From the NCBI GenBank assembly GCA_934098375.1, contig CAKOOC010000003.1:6736-70735 (forward strand): a stretch of 64,000 nt of DNA, read 5' to 3'. The notes below the pieces were generated by a model, which worked only from the letters and a program-made list of their open reading frames with translations, was not told the origin of the DNA and ran no database searches. The stretch is from an uncultured Bacilli bacterium (GTDB taxonomy: Bacteria; Bacillota_I; Bacilli_A; RF39; UBA660). The position numbers and the translations under genes were made by a program. This document shows, piece after piece, positions 9,578 through 17,637 of the stretch; the first letter of the stretch is position 1; each line of letters starts with the position of its first letter.

Positions 9578-10651
9578 TTATTCTTTACTATCGTTATTTT
9601 CTACTAAGTTAATATTAACATTACTAATGGAAGCAAATCTCTTGCTTATTTTTTCTGTTGTTGTATGAATATCCTCAACATCTTTAGATACTGTATTAAT
9701 AGATCTTGATAATTTATCCCATCTATCTTTATATCTAGCAAATTCTACTCCTAATTTATTTAACTCTTCATGAATAACTTTAGCATATTTATCTCTTTCC
9801 ATATTCTTCAAAATCATAGCAATTATAGTTAAAGTACTCATTAATGTAGTTGGGCTACATATCCATACTTTAGATTTATATGAGTATTCAATCAAATCAG
9901 AATGATATGCATTTATTTCGGCAAAGATAGCTTCTGCCGGCAAAAACATAATTGCTTCCCCTGCTGTTTCTCCTGGAATAATATATTTATTCTTAATTGC
10001 GTCGATATGTTTTTTTACATCCATCTTAAACAATTTAGTAGCTTCATCTCTTTCTCCTTTAGAAAGTTTAATATCAGTCATCGTTTTATAATGTTCTAAA
10101 GGAAATTTAGAATCTATCGCGATTGTTCCTAAAGGACTCGGTGCATAAAGTATCGCATCTGCAATATAGCCATTACTCATAAGTACTTGTGTCTTATATA
10201 TTTTATCATTAACCCCAAATACACTATTTAAAATATAATTTAAATTCGTCTCCCCAAAAATACCTCTAGTCTTCTTGTCCGTTAATACACTTTGTAAAGA
10301 TATAATATCATTTGATAATCCATCTATTTTTTTCTGTGCTTCATCTATTTTACTGATTCTTTCTAAAATAGACGCAAACGTTTTATTTGTTTTTTCAAAA
10401 TTAGCATCTAATCTTTCATTAACTTTATCATTAATATAATTAAGTCTTTTTTCTATTACTGCATTAGTTTCTTTGAAATCATCCGAAATATTTTTACTAA
10501 AATCATACTTAAAATCTCCTAATGCCTTTGTTATATCCGTTTCAAATTTTCCTAACTTTTCTATCATTTCACTATTATTATTTTTTTTACAAATTAACAC
10601 TATTAATAAAATTATAACAACTAAAATAAGCCCTATAATAACATATTCCAT
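9578..10651 (-). CDS. rmuC: DNA recombination protein RmuC
   Basis: N-terminal TM helix, a long coiled coil, then the nuclease-like core GETNLNYILNSV...ADAILYAP...IAIDSKFPLEHY. Confidence 0.8.
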   Translation of the reverse strand: MEYVIIGLILVVIILLIVLICKKNNNSEMIEKLGKFETDITKALGDFKYDFSKNISDDFKETNAVIEKRLNYINDKVNERLDANFEKTNKTFASILERISKIDEAQKKIDGLSNDIISLQSVLTDKKTRGIFGETNLNYILNSVFGVNDKIYKTQVLMSNGYIADAILYAPSPLGTIAIDSKFPLEHYKTMTDIKLSKGERDEATKLFKMDVKKHIDAIKNKYIIPGETAGEAIMFLPAEAIFAEINAYHSDLIEYSYKSKVWICSPTTLMSTLTIIAMILKNMERDKYAKVIHEELNKLGVEFARYKDRWDKLSRSINTVSKDVEDIHTTTEKISKRFASISNVNINLVENNDSKE

Positions 10652-10662
10652 ATCTTTTACCT

Positions 10663-11250
10663 CTACTCTATATTATATTTTTTATTTACTAACTTACTAA
10701 TAACAAATGCAGCAAATACCATTATGCCAATTTTTATTAAAACTCTAGGACTTTTAAAACTTTGAAGTAAGCTAGTTCCTACAAATCCCCAAAAATAAAC
10801 TAAGAATATTTTACCGATTAAAATCGCTGTAATAAACTTCTTTTTATTCATATTTACTAATCCTGCTGCTATATTAACTAAAAATGCTGGCGTAAAAGGA
10901 ATTGCAATTAATACAACTAATTCTTCTAAACTCATAGTATTAATTCTAAATATTAATTTTTTTAATTTTTTATGTTCTTTTTTATCAAGCATATACTCAA
11001 AATGCTTTCTAAGTTTATTTTTACATAACTTATACGATAAATAACAACCAACACAAGTTAAACTCCAACTTATAAAAAAACCAATAAATGCTCCCAAATA
11101 ATAAAAGTTAATTGTTATAAATAAAGCTAACGGTAGTATTGGAAGCATTGATTCTATAATAATTAATAAACATGCAAAAATAGGAGCAAATACTCCCAAA
11201 GTATTAAAAAACAATTCAATAATTTTATTTAAATACTCTATAAAATTCAT
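10663..11250 (-). CDS. TVP38/TMEM64 (DedA/VTT-domain) family membrane protein
   Basis: Polytopic membrane protein with a VTT-like arrangement. The ATG at 11250 is preferred over the TTG at 11268. Confidence 0.55.
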   Translation of the reverse strand: MNFIEYLNKIIELFFNTLGVFAPIFACLLIIIESMLPILPLALFITINFYYLGAFIGFFISWSLTCVGCYLSYKLCKNKLRKHFEYMLDKKEHKKLKKLIFRINTMSLEELVVLIAIPFTPAFLVNIAAGLVNMNKKKFITAILIGKIFLVYFWGFVGTSLLQSFKSPRVLIKIGIMVFAAFVISKLVNKKYNIE

Positions 11251-11310
11251 ACTATTATTATAAATCAAAATAGTATTATTTAAAAGTACATTTGTTTTTA
11301 TTTACATTAA

Positions 11311-11336
11311 AAAGTAAAAAAGACTTAAATAAGTCT
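11311..11336 (-). terminator. Rho-independent terminator after the rhodanese gene
   Basis: On the minus strand: AGACTT-ATTT-AAGTCT followed by a T run. Confidence 0.5.
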
Positions 11337-11340
11337 AAGT

Positions 11341-11556
11341 CTAATTCATTACATAAGTAGTATCATAACCATATGCTTCTAATATCGCCGTTACTTTTTT
11401 AGCTTTTACTCCACTATGACAATAAAAATAATATTTTTTATCTTTGCTTAAATAAATATTATGATTATTAATTAAATTCTCATATGGTTTAAAATTTACA
11501 TCTAAATCTATAAATACACCTTGATTACGATACTCACTCTTTTTTATTGTTTTCAT
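11341..11556 (-). CDS. Short rhodanese-like domain protein
   Basis: Active-site-like loop YCHSGVKAKKV. At 71 aa it is shorter than a full rhodanese domain. Confidence 0.5.
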   Translation of the reverse strand: MKTIKKSEYRNQGVFIDLDVNFKPYENLINNHNIYLSKDKKYYFYCHSGVKAKKVTAILEAYGYDTTYVMN

Positions 11557-11573
11557 ATTATATTATATTACTC

Positions 11574-11604
11574 AAATAAAAAAAGAGATAAGACCTTTAT
11601 CTCT
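11574..11604 (-). terminator. Strong rho-independent terminator closing the 31.6-kb cluster
   Basis: On the minus strand: AGAGATAA-AGGTC-TTATCTCT followed by TTTTTT. It overlaps the stop codon of the 198-aa gene. Confidence 0.7.
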
Positions 11605-12199
11605 ATTCTACACCTGCAATTACAATATGTGCAGCAAACTTAGCCTCTTGATTACTATTTTGTTCTACACCAGTATCAAGGAAATAAATACGTAACGTAT
11701 AATTGTGAGTACTTTTATTTGCATTTTGAAATAATGGTGTTACAGTCCCTTTAAATTCAACTGTACTTGCTCCAGTTGGAATATTTCCTTTTACACTACC
11801 TAATACTACACTGGTTGTATCGCTATCTTCTTTATGACCAATTAACTCATAACTTAAAGCATTATTTTCAAAAGTGTTATTATCAACAACCATTGATATT
11901 TTATACTTCATTTTTAAATCAGTAGTATTAGTTCCATTTAAAGCAAAAGTCTTTGTAACCCATGCATCACTAGCAGAATTACTGCTTGCTGTACCTCTTG
12001 GATATATTTTCTTATCAAGCACTATATTACCACTATTATTTTGATAAGTTAGTTCCATTTTACCAGCTTCCATTGAAATTGTTGATACACTCTCTGAACC
12101 CTTTATATTTGCACTAAAATATGAATATGATATACCTAAAGTTGCTACAACAAGTATTGCTACTAAACTAATACTTAAAACAGTTTTATTTGTTTTCAT
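11603..12199 (-). CDS. TasA/camelysin-like secreted protein with a SipW-type signal peptide
   Basis: N-terminus MKTNKTVLSISLVAILVVATLGISYSYFSA, which compares with the xxYAYFSD class of signal peptide. The following AGKMEL resembles the AGTLDL motif of TasA/CalY-family proteins. Confidence 0.5.
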   Translation of the reverse strand: MKTNKTVLSISLVAILVVATLGISYSYFSANIKGSESVSTISMEAGKMELTYQNNSGNIVLDKKIYPRGTASSNSASDAWVTKTFALNGTNTTDLKMKYKISMVVDNNTFENNALSYELIGHKEDSDTTSVVLGSVKGNIPTGASTVEFKGTVTPLFQNANKSTHNYTLRIYFLDTGVEQNSNQEAKFAAHIVIAGVE

Positions 12200-12256
12200 A
12201 AATAACCTACTCTCTATTTCTATAAATATTTTACAATAACCATTACTTTATTTCAA

Positions 12257-14716
12257 CTATGAATTATCATCATCATTAAAGAAATCATCATAATACTGAT
12301 CATCTGTAACATCGCCAACGACAACACTATCTTTATCAACATTTATAGTTGGCTCTTCTTTATCATTACCAGATTTATCATTTTTGACTAAATCACTAAA
12401 GTTAAAGGCTGAAGTCATATCTAATTTATCATAATCCTCATTATTATCCTTAGAAACATCCAAAGTTTCCACTTTATTGCTACCATTTTTGGCTTTTTCT
12501 TCTTCTTCTAATTTTGCTATTTGAGCATCTATTCTTTTCACTAAATTATCAATATCAAATTTAGGAGTATTATTTACTTCTACTTTATCATCATCTAAAA
12601 CATCAACATCATTATCAAAATCATTAAAATCATTAAGGAATTTACCTCCTCGATTTGTTGATTCCTCTTTTTTATCGTTTAAATCATTAAACTCAAATGA
12701 ACCTTGTTTATTTGAACCTTTATCATTGCTATAAAATGGAGAAAACTGATTTTGATTAAAATCACTACTTGTATTAATATCATCATCATTAGTATTTACT
12801 GGTTTACTTACCTTCTCATTAGTTCCACTAAAAGGATTCAAGAAATTAACATCTGATTTAAAAGTATCAGCACTGGAAGATGAAGCTCCTGTTAAATTAT
12901 TAATTACATCGCTATTAGTTGTTTCTTTTCCTTCATCACTAATTAAATTATTACTTGGAGCATTATTTTTATTATTATTATCTAAAGCCTCAAATAATTT
13001 ATTTCTTTTTTGCACTTTAACAAATTCTTTAATATCAAATAGTTCTACTTTACGTCTTTCACGTTCCACTAATTTACCATTACCAAACTCATGACCCCAG
13101 TCAATTTCAAAACTAGGTGTCATTTTAGTTCTAAATGGATTTAGCCTACTTCTTAAAATAATAACTTCAAACATTTGCAATTTTTGTAAGTCTGATACCG
13201 TAATAAGTGGCGTTGATGCTGTTTTATCTTTTTCTTTTGATTTAACCTCACCACATAATTTACTTATTTCTTCTAAAGCAGCTAGTTCAGTTGTTATTAA
13301 GTAAATAATATTACCACAGTTACTTCTAATTGTTTCAGCTTGTTCCTTACCATAAACATCGTTAAGCTGAGCAAAGTTTTGAATAATAAAAGTAAATCTT
13401 ATTGCTCTAGAACGAGCCGCTGTTACCATGGTTGTAACATCTTTAAGTGGCGGCATATTAGCAAACTCATCTAAAATAAAATTTGTTTTAAAAGGAAGTT
13501 TACCTTTTGGATATGTTTGAGCTACATCAATAAGTGTTTCATATAACTGCTTTAAGAAAATAGTCGCCAGTGCATGATATGTAGTTTTTTCATCATGAAT
13601 AATCATAAACACCGCTGTCTTTTGCGTCCCTATCTCTCTCATATTAAAATCACTATAAGAAAGCATCTCTGATAACTCTTCCTTAGTAGCAAATAATCTT
13701 ATCTTTTGTCTAAATACTGATAAGATACTTCCCTTTGTTTCATTTGGAGCATTTATTGTATTTGATGCAAATACATAAGTATTTGAATCTTCACCTTTTA
13801 AAGTAAAATACTCTTTCGTATAATTACTAGTTGCAAAATTTTCTTCTCCAACCGTCGACATATAATTTATTGAATTTAAATTAATTTGATCTTCTTTAGC
13901 ATCTTGAAATAAACCAAGTGCAAGTCCTGAAAAGAAGTCAGAAGCTGATTTTTCCCAGAATGGGTCATTTTTATTATTTGGATCATACAAAATATTATGT
14001 GCAACGTCATCTAAAAGTTCAACTGCTTTATCTGTATTACCCTCTTTATATAATTGATAAGGAAGTGTAAGAGGATTCCAAGCATTTCCTAAATTAGGAT
14101 TACGGAAATTTAAAACAATAATTTTATATCCTTTACTTCTTAAAAATTCTGAGTGATCACGATAAAGTTCACCCTTTGGATCGGTTACAATAATACTTTC
14201 ACCATGTCTAGCAAGAGTTTGAATTTGTGCATTAACTACACAAGAACTTTTACCTGAACCAGTCGCACCAATAACTAAACTATGATACTCTCCATTATCA
14301 ACCCAAATGTTTTTACCATCATTAATTAAAGGCATTCCACCAGCTTCACTAGTTTGCTCTTTAATTATAACTTTTTCTACGTCTTTATCATTTTTTATTT
14401 CATTAGGTTTAGCCCATCTACTATAACCTTTTTCTTCCTTCTCTTTAAATGAAAATCCAATTCCTTTCGAACCTTTATCTCTATCAAAAATATAAGATGA
14501 CACTGATAAAAATATAGAAATTAAAACCGCAAAAAACACTACTAATGTAGGAAGTATATAAGGACTTACAAAACCTTTAAAAAAGTTAAGTCCAAAAAAT
14601 TCTGATGTATTTAATAAAGATGTAACATTTAATACTGCTAATGATGATAAAATAAGTAAAAATACACAGAATATAATAAATATTACTAAGTCTTTTGGTT
14701 TTACTCTAAATTTCAT
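12257..14716 (-). CDS. virD4: VirD4/TraG-family type IV coupling protein with a roughly 260-aa acidic low-complexity C-terminal tail
   Basis: Two N-terminal TM helices. Walker A is VIGATGSGKSS and Walker B is TNFILDEFANMPP. Also RSRAIRFTFIIQNFAQL and YGKEQAETIRSNCGN. RBS GAGGAGAAG. Confidence 0.85.
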   Translation of the reverse strand: MKFRVKPKDLVIFIIFCVFLLILSSLAVLNVTSLLNTSEFFGLNFFKGFVSPYILPTLVVFFAVLISIFLSVSSYIFDRDKGSKGIGFSFKEKEEKGYSRWAKPNEIKNDKDVEKVIIKEQTSEAGGMPLINDGKNIWVDNGEYHSLVIGATGSGKSSCVVNAQIQTLARHGESIIVTDPKGELYRDHSEFLRSKGYKIIVLNFRNPNLGNAWNPLTLPYQLYKEGNTDKAVELLDDVAHNILYDPNNKNDPFWEKSASDFFSGLALGLFQDAKEDQINLNSINYMSTVGEENFATSNYTKEYFTLKGEDSNTYVFASNTINAPNETKGSILSVFRQKIRLFATKEELSEMLSYSDFNMREIGTQKTAVFMIIHDEKTTYHALATIFLKQLYETLIDVAQTYPKGKLPFKTNFILDEFANMPPLKDVTTMVTAARSRAIRFTFIIQNFAQLNDVYGKEQAETIRSNCGNIIYLITTELAALEEISKLCGEVKSKEKDKTASTPLITVSDLQKLQMFEVIILRSRLNPFRTKMTPSFEIDWGHEFGNGKLVERERRKVELFDIKEFVKVQKRNKLFEALDNNNKNNAPSNNLISDEGKETTNSDVINNLTGASSSSADTFKSDVNFLNPFSGTNEKVSKPVNTNDDDINTSSDFNQNQFSPFYSNDKGSNKQGSFEFNDLNDKKEESTNRGGKFLNDFNDFDNDVDVLDDDKVEVNNTPKFDIDNLVKRIDAQIAKLEEEEKAKNGSNKVETLDVSKDNNEDYDKLDMTSAFNFSDLVKNDKSGNDKEEPTINVDKDSVVVGDVTDDQYYDDFFNDDDNS

Positions 14717-14771
14717 AGTATCTTCTCCTCGTCATTTTTTATTATATAATAATATTCTTATTTTTTCTATA

Positions 14772-15491
14772 TTAATTATTAGAAAATTTCACTTTATAAT
14801 AGGTATAAAAACCAAAAATAAATATTGCCACTAAAAGAGTCCCAATTAAGAAAATTGTTAATATATTACTTTCTTTTTCATCTAGTATAGTATTATTAGA
14901 AACAACCGATTTATCTATTTGAATAGCTATTTCTTTAGTCTTATAATTATTCTTATTAATAAACCAAGTATAAGTATTTTCTTTTATTTCATCTGCATTA
15001 TTACTTACAACCTTATAATTAGTAATTATATTAATTACCATATTATCTAAATATGGATAATTATCAAATAATGTACATCCTTTATTAGTATTAGAATTAA
15101 TAACTATTTTATTATTATTTACTTCTATACTTTTGAAACTATATTCTAATAATAATGGTGAGTTTTTATAATCATAAAAAGCAAACGAATTATTTAATTT
15201 AAAACCATATTTCCCATTTTTATCAATTAGTGATTTATCATAATAAGTATAACCCTCTATTTTTTTATTTACTTCAGGATATCCTGGCGTATTTATGTCA
15301 CTTGCAACATTTTGATTATAATACACATTTATCAGTTTTTCATATGTCATCCCATCACTATATGTTTCACTTTTAGCATTTTCTATAATTAATTCATCGC
15401 TTATAGTGTTATTTTCAATTGTTATATTGTAAGTAGCACTACAGCCGGTTAATAAAAATATTAAAGTTAGTAACACGCCTATTTTTCTCAT
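14772..15491 (-). CDS. Lipoprotein with an additional C-terminal TM helix, unknown function
   Basis: Lipobox LLTGC after MRKIGVLLTLIF. C-terminal helix ILTIFLIGTLLVAIFIFGFY. The ATG at 15491 with RBS GGAGAA is preferred over 15518. Confidence 0.55.
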   Translation of the reverse strand: MRKIGVLLTLIFLLTGCSATYNITIENNTISDELIIENAKSETYSDGMTYEKLINVYYNQNVASDINTPGYPEVNKKIEGYTYYDKSLIDKNGKYGFKLNNSFAFYDYKNSPLLLEYSFKSIEVNNNKIVINSNTNKGCTLFDNYPYLDNMVINIITNYKVVSNNADEIKENTYTWFINKNNYKTKEIAIQIDKSVVSNNTILDEKESNILTIFLIGTLLVAIFIFGFYTYYKVKFSNN

Positions 15492-15511
15492 TTTATTCTT
15501 TCTCCATTTAT

Positions 15512-16645
15512 TTAACAATTAGTTGCAAAGTAATTACTCATACTTTTTATTTGTAATCCCGCACTATTTATTCTTGCTTGATCATATGTTCCAAATATGA
15601 CGCCAACATTATTACCAGCTGATTCTATTGTTAATAATGTGCCTCCATTATTTTGTAAAACTAAAACAATATGATTTACACTTACTAAAATATCTCCAGC
15701 TCCAGCCTCAGCAAATGATATTGGTGAGCTAACATCCATAAAACCATTGGTAATCATGCTAACACTTTTACCTAACACCATTGTTGCCGCCCATGAAACA
15801 AAACCCGAACAGTCATATCCTACATGCGAATAACAATTAGTATCACTACATGACGTACTTGTTGGAGCTCCAATGGTCTTATCAACTCCCATATAGAAAA
15901 TCCCTGAATGACCACCGCCCCAATAATAAGGCACTCTATATCCATAATTTCCTAATTCTTTTGCTAACGTACTTGCAACATTTGCCATAGAAGTTTTAGA
16001 GCAACCATTACTGCTCGCTGCCGCCATTACTGTTTCATTAAGCTTATTGTAATTATCCATTCCAATCGCATCAACTATTGAAACAGTAAGTGGCATTAAG
16101 CCATCAGTACCTATAACTACACTGCCAACATCAATATTACTGCTATCGCTCTTACTTGGAGCTTGTTCTTTATAATTATTCACTAAATCTAAATCTGCTC
16201 CATTATTTGAAGTAAATAAAGTCAAAAGTATTATGAAAAGTAAAAATACACCGCCACCAATGCCACATAAAATTAACTTTGTCTTTAATGAAAAAACATT
16301 TAATTTTATATTACCTTTTTTTCCAAATAATTTTTTTAAAACATCGCCTTTTGAATTACTATTATTTTTAAAAAAATTATTTTTGTTATTTGGCTTTTTA
16401 TCATGATTATCTAATTTATTATCTTTTTGCTGCAATCCCGTATTCTTATCTTTTTCCAATAAATCATCATTTAAACCAGAATCAATGCTATTATCTACAT
16501 TTTCATTTTCATCATTTGCTATCAAACTAGGATTATAATAATTTCTTTGCCACATATTATTTTGCTTACTTTTTAAATCCGTCGCTAAATGAGCATTATT
16601 AAAAGAGGTAATATTCATTTTACCAAATCCATTTTTCAAAAACAT
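15512..16645 (-). CDS. Membrane-anchored NlpC/P60-family cell-wall hydrolase
   Basis: Catalytic Cys context GYDCSGFVSWAA, downstream GAGDILV and NHIVLVL (His). A single TM helix follows a low-complexity N-terminus. Confidence 0.75.
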   Translation of the reverse strand: MFLKNGFGKMNITSFNNAHLATDLKSKQNNMWQRNYYNPSLIANDENENVDNSIDSGLNDDLLEKDKNTGLQQKDNKLDNHDKKPNNKNNFFKNNSNSKGDVLKKLFGKKGNIKLNVFSLKTKLILCGIGGGVFLLFIILLTLFTSNNGADLDLVNNYKEQAPSKSDSSNIDVGSVVIGTDGLMPLTVSIVDAIGMDNYNKLNETVMAAASSNGCSKTSMANVASTLAKELGNYGYRVPYYWGGGHSGIFYMGVDKTIGAPTSTSCSDTNCYSHVGYDCSGFVSWAATMVLGKSVSMITNGFMDVSSPISFAEAGAGDILVSVNHIVLVLQNNGGTLLTIESAGNNVGVIFGTYDQARINSAGLQIKSMSNYFATNC

Positions 16646-16658
16646 TACCTCTCTTTCT

Positions 16659-17138
16659 TTAATTTATTATAACAGAATAATCCATTAAACTGTTTTCTAT
16701 AAACTTAAATTTATTATCAGAACTATCTATAACATAATAAGTATTTTTATTATTATAAATATCATACGTATATTTAGTTACTTCGGCTCTTTCAAGCTTT
16801 AATGATTTAATACTTTTTATATATTTTTTAAAATTATCTATATTTTCAAAATTGGTATTTTTATAATCTTCATCAAGTAATTCATATGCTTTCTCGGGAT
16901 AATATAACATGAAATTTACATACTCTGCTAAATACTTTTTAGCAACTTGCTCTGTATTTACATAAATAGGAATAACTTCATTAATTTTATAATCTTTTAT
17001 TACAGTACTTGAATCGTCATAAAAATAATAGTCTTCCTGCTTATCACTCTTTTTTATAATAAAAATGATAACTAATGATATTAGTATTAAAAATCCACAT
17101 ATAATAATTACTTTTTTACTATCATTAATATTAGTCAT
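16659..17138 (-). CDS. Small N-terminally anchored protein; possible VirB8/TcpC-like (NTF2-like) T4SS component
   Basis: Start MTNINDSKK at 17138 gives an 8-nt ATGACTAA overlap with the upstream gene. One TM helix is followed by about 120 aa of alpha+beta pattern. It is in tandem with a similar ORF. Confidence 0.3.
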   Translation of the reverse strand: MTNINDSKKVIIICGFLILISLVIIFIIKKSDKQEDYYFYDDSSTVIKDYKINEVIPIYVNTEQVAKKYLAEYVNFMLYYPEKAYELLDEDYKNTNFENIDNFKKYIKSIKSLKLERAEVTKYTYDIYNNKNTYYVIDSSDNKFKFIENSLMDYSVIIN

Positions 17139-17625
17139 TTGTATCACCTTTAAATATTTTTCCATCATAAGGAGTAATATCAAAAATATTCTTTTCACTT
17201 ATATTAATTATTACATAATAATTATCCATAATATTTAAACTATCAATAGTTTCTTCCATTAAGTAACCATATACATAATATTTAGTATTATCTTTATAAA
17301 TTTTTTTGGCTTGAAATGTTGTTTTTCCATTTAGTTTAGGAATATAATTATATACATTTTCTTTATTAACCCCATGATCATTAATATATTCATCATTTAG
17401 TAAAGTCAATATGTTGTCAGTCTCTTTCTTATATATTACATTAATAAATTTATTTACGCAATTTTCAATTGTAAAGAAATTAGAAGGATTATTGACAACA
17501 ACATTTTTATTACTAGTATCATTATCTAATTTTGTCGTTTTATTAATTACTAAAATTAAAACAATCGCTAAAACACTTATAATACCAATATAAATATAAT
17601 TCTTATTTTCTATTATTTTTTCCAT
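17131..17625 (-). CDS. Small N-terminally anchored protein; possible VirB8/TcpC-like (NTF2-like) T4SS component
   Basis: TM helix YIYIGIISVLAIVLILVI, then FFTIENCVNKFINVIY...FQAKKIYKDNTKYYVYGYLMEE, a pattern reminiscent of NTF2-like folds. Confidence 0.3.
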   Translation of the reverse strand: MEKIIENKNYIYIGIISVLAIVLILVINKTTKLDNDTSNKNVVVNNPSNFFTIENCVNKFINVIYKKETDNILTLLNDEYINDHGVNKENVYNYIPKLNGKTTFQAKKIYKDNTKYYVYGYLMEETIDSLNIMDNYYVIINISEKNIFDITPYDGKIFKGDTND

Positions 17626-17637
17626 CCTTAAGCCCTC

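Noticed and set aside
17139-17198. N-terminal 20-codon extension (MKRIFLILLLMMEKYLKVIQ) of the 179-aa ORF
   Set aside because: It would overlap the upstream gene by 68 nt. The internal ATG at 17138 gives the common 8-nt ATGACTAA coupling overlap and a sensible N-in TM topology. For the same reason, starts were trimmed at 6396, 11250, 15491, 26668, 30048, 34963, 45963 and 62272.
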